A DNA stretch of 64,000 bases. Source: Candidatus Limnocylindrales bacterium (GTDB lineage Bacteria > Chloroflexota > Limnocylindria > Limnocylindrales > CSP1-4). The stretch's first letter is position 1. Every line of letters starts with the position of its first letter. Shown in pieces: positions 63,253-64,000 of this stretch. The notes beneath the pieces are model-generated. The model worked only from the letters and a program-made list of their open reading frames with translations, searched no databases and was not told the origin of the DNA. The translations under genes and the position numbers were made by a program. Where the stretch lies: positions 16,451 through 80,450 of the forward strand of contig DASSHA010000069.1 in the NCBI GenBank assembly GCA_035693145.1, read 5' to 3'.

Positions 63253-64000
63253 GTGCCCAATCGACGGACCCTCGTCGCCCTTCCGTTCGTCGCGATCGCG
63301 ACGCTGGCCGTGGAGCTGGTGACGCCCTTCGCACCGGCTGCCGTCGCCGCGACGTGTGGCGCGGGCTCGGCCGCCCTCGGCAACGGCGGCTTCGAGACGC
63401 CGGGCGTGGAACCCGGGACCTACACGCTCGAAGCGGCCGCCGACGTCGCGCCGTGGCAGACGACCGACGTCGCGAACCAGATCGAGATCTGGGGTGACGG
63501 CTTCCTCGGCGTTCCGGCGCAGGAGGGCGCGAGCTTTGCCGAGCTCAACGCGAACTCACCGGGCACGCTCTACCAGGACGTCGTGACGAGCCCGGGGGCG
63601 ACGATGACGTGGACCCTCCATCACCGCGGCCGCGAGGGCACGGACACCATGAAGGTGCTCGTCGGCGACGCGGCGACGGCCGACGTGAACGGCGACGACG
63701 GCTGGAACGCCAGCTCGGATGACCTCGTCGACGACACCTCGGCGTGGGGAGAGCATTCGGACACGTATGTGGTTCCAGCCGGCCAGACGTGCACGCGTTT
63801 CGGCTTCCGAGCCGTCTCCACGTCGGGCGGCAACCCGTCCGTCGGCAATCTGCTCGACGGGATCAGCTTCGCGGTCTCCATCCCGGCGGGCCCGACGGCG
63901 ACGCCGGCGCCGAAGCCCACGTCCAAACCGCGGCCCTCGCACGCGACGGCCCGTCCGGTCATCAAGCCGCCCGAGACGGACACCCTCGATGACGGGACGG
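63253..64000 (+). CDS. Secreted DUF642-like (CBM-like beta-sandwich) protein, 3' partial; not present in the supplied ORF track
   Basis: The frame is open to the window end. GTG 63253 is about 8 nt after GGAG. The signal peptide is PNRRTLVALPFVAIATLAVELVTPFAPAAVAA. GNGGFETPG ... PW ... IEIWGDG ... ASFAELNANSPGTLYQDVVTSPGATMTWTL matches the DUF642 pattern. Confidence 0.5.
   Translation, partial: MPNRRTLVALPFVAIATLAVELVTPFAPAAVAATCGAGSAALGNGGFETPGVEPGTYTLEAAADVAPWQTTDVANQIEIWGDGFLGVPAQEGASFAELNANSPGTLYQDVVTSPGATMTWTLHHRGREGTDTMKVLVGDAATADVNGDDGWNASSDDLVDDTSAWGEHSDTYVVPAGQTCTRFGFRAVSTSGGNPSVGNLLDGISFAVSIPAGPTATPAPKPTSKPRPSHATARPVIKPPETDTLDDGT

Noticed and set aside
62970-63383. 137-aa minus-strand ORF between the VOC gene and the DUF642 gene
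   Set aside because: It has no SD for its possible internal starts and a Gly/Ala/Arg-biased composition. It overlaps the start region of the better-supported DUF642-like plus-strand gene.
1-64000. tRNA/rRNA/IS elements
   Set aside because: Visual scanning found no GTTCGAATCC-type T-arm contexts outside coding sequence. I found no rRNA-like conserved stretches and no transposase or integrase ORFs. Their absence is not proof without tRNAscan or Infernal.

Overview
This is a 64 kb window of very high GC content (about 70%), dense in genes and apparently chromosomal. Its gene content suggests an Actinomycetota-like organism: F420-dependent LLM oxidoreductase, PAC2, DoxX, a WYL regulator, and an RpoD-type sigma factor with an inserted non-conserved region. 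I found no rRNA, tRNA, CRISPR array, transposase or integrase.

Protein homology calls come from reading the translated ORF track. Start codons come from in-frame ATG/GTG/TTG plus Shine-Dalgarno inspection. The many long Arg/Pro/Gly-rich ORFs antisense to these genes are treated as GC artefacts.

The supportable genes, in order:
- Signalling module at the 5' end: a multi-GAF/PAS NarL-type histidine kinase (partial), a receiver-only protein and a NarL response regulator.
- A lipoprotein serine hydrolase with a translationally coupled GNAT.
- A DEAD-box helicase (1,299 bp) on the minus strand.
- Two paralogous secreted proteins with caspase-like His-Gly ... Cys motifs.
- An MBL-fold hydrolase, ChaB/Rho_N, DoxX and an HhH-GPD protein.
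- An ArsA-type ATPase with a coupled small ORF.
- A minus-strand run: small acidic protein, SRPBCC, HipA-like kinase, DUF3037; then DUF72, a Zn metallopeptidase and GreA with a long N-terminal extension.
- A WYL regulator divergent from a zinc ribbon and a DUF2723 membrane protein.
- A sugar-phosphate isomerase with a Gfo/Idh/MocA oxidoreductase.
- HtrA, a BNR sialidase, PAC2, an F420 LLM oxidoreductase and an MraZ-like protein.
- A GH26 mannanase, a cupin, a TPM-domain protein and PspA.
- A lipase-maturation-factor-like protein; a cadherin-like surface protein coupled to a degenerate GGDEF/HD-GYP sensor.
- RpoD, a second ChaB, a PAS protein, and an MFS transporter fused to a cNMP-binding domain.
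- A Crp–GAF–subtilisin operon flanked by a family of small acidic 'DDTEGQ'-motif proteins.
- CspA, an NhaP antiporter, a large LuxR-type regulator, a tandem zinc-ribbon protein, thioredoxin-2 and a DHA2 efflux pump.
- Two VOC proteins, an α/β-hydrolase and a partial DUF642 secreted protein at the window end.

The observations most worth follow-up:
- The paralogous secreted His-Gly ... Cys family.
- The DDTEGQ small-protein cluster around the Crp–GAF–S8 operon.
- The overlapping HipA-like/DUF3037 pair.
- Several short dispersed or tandem intergenic repeat elements.
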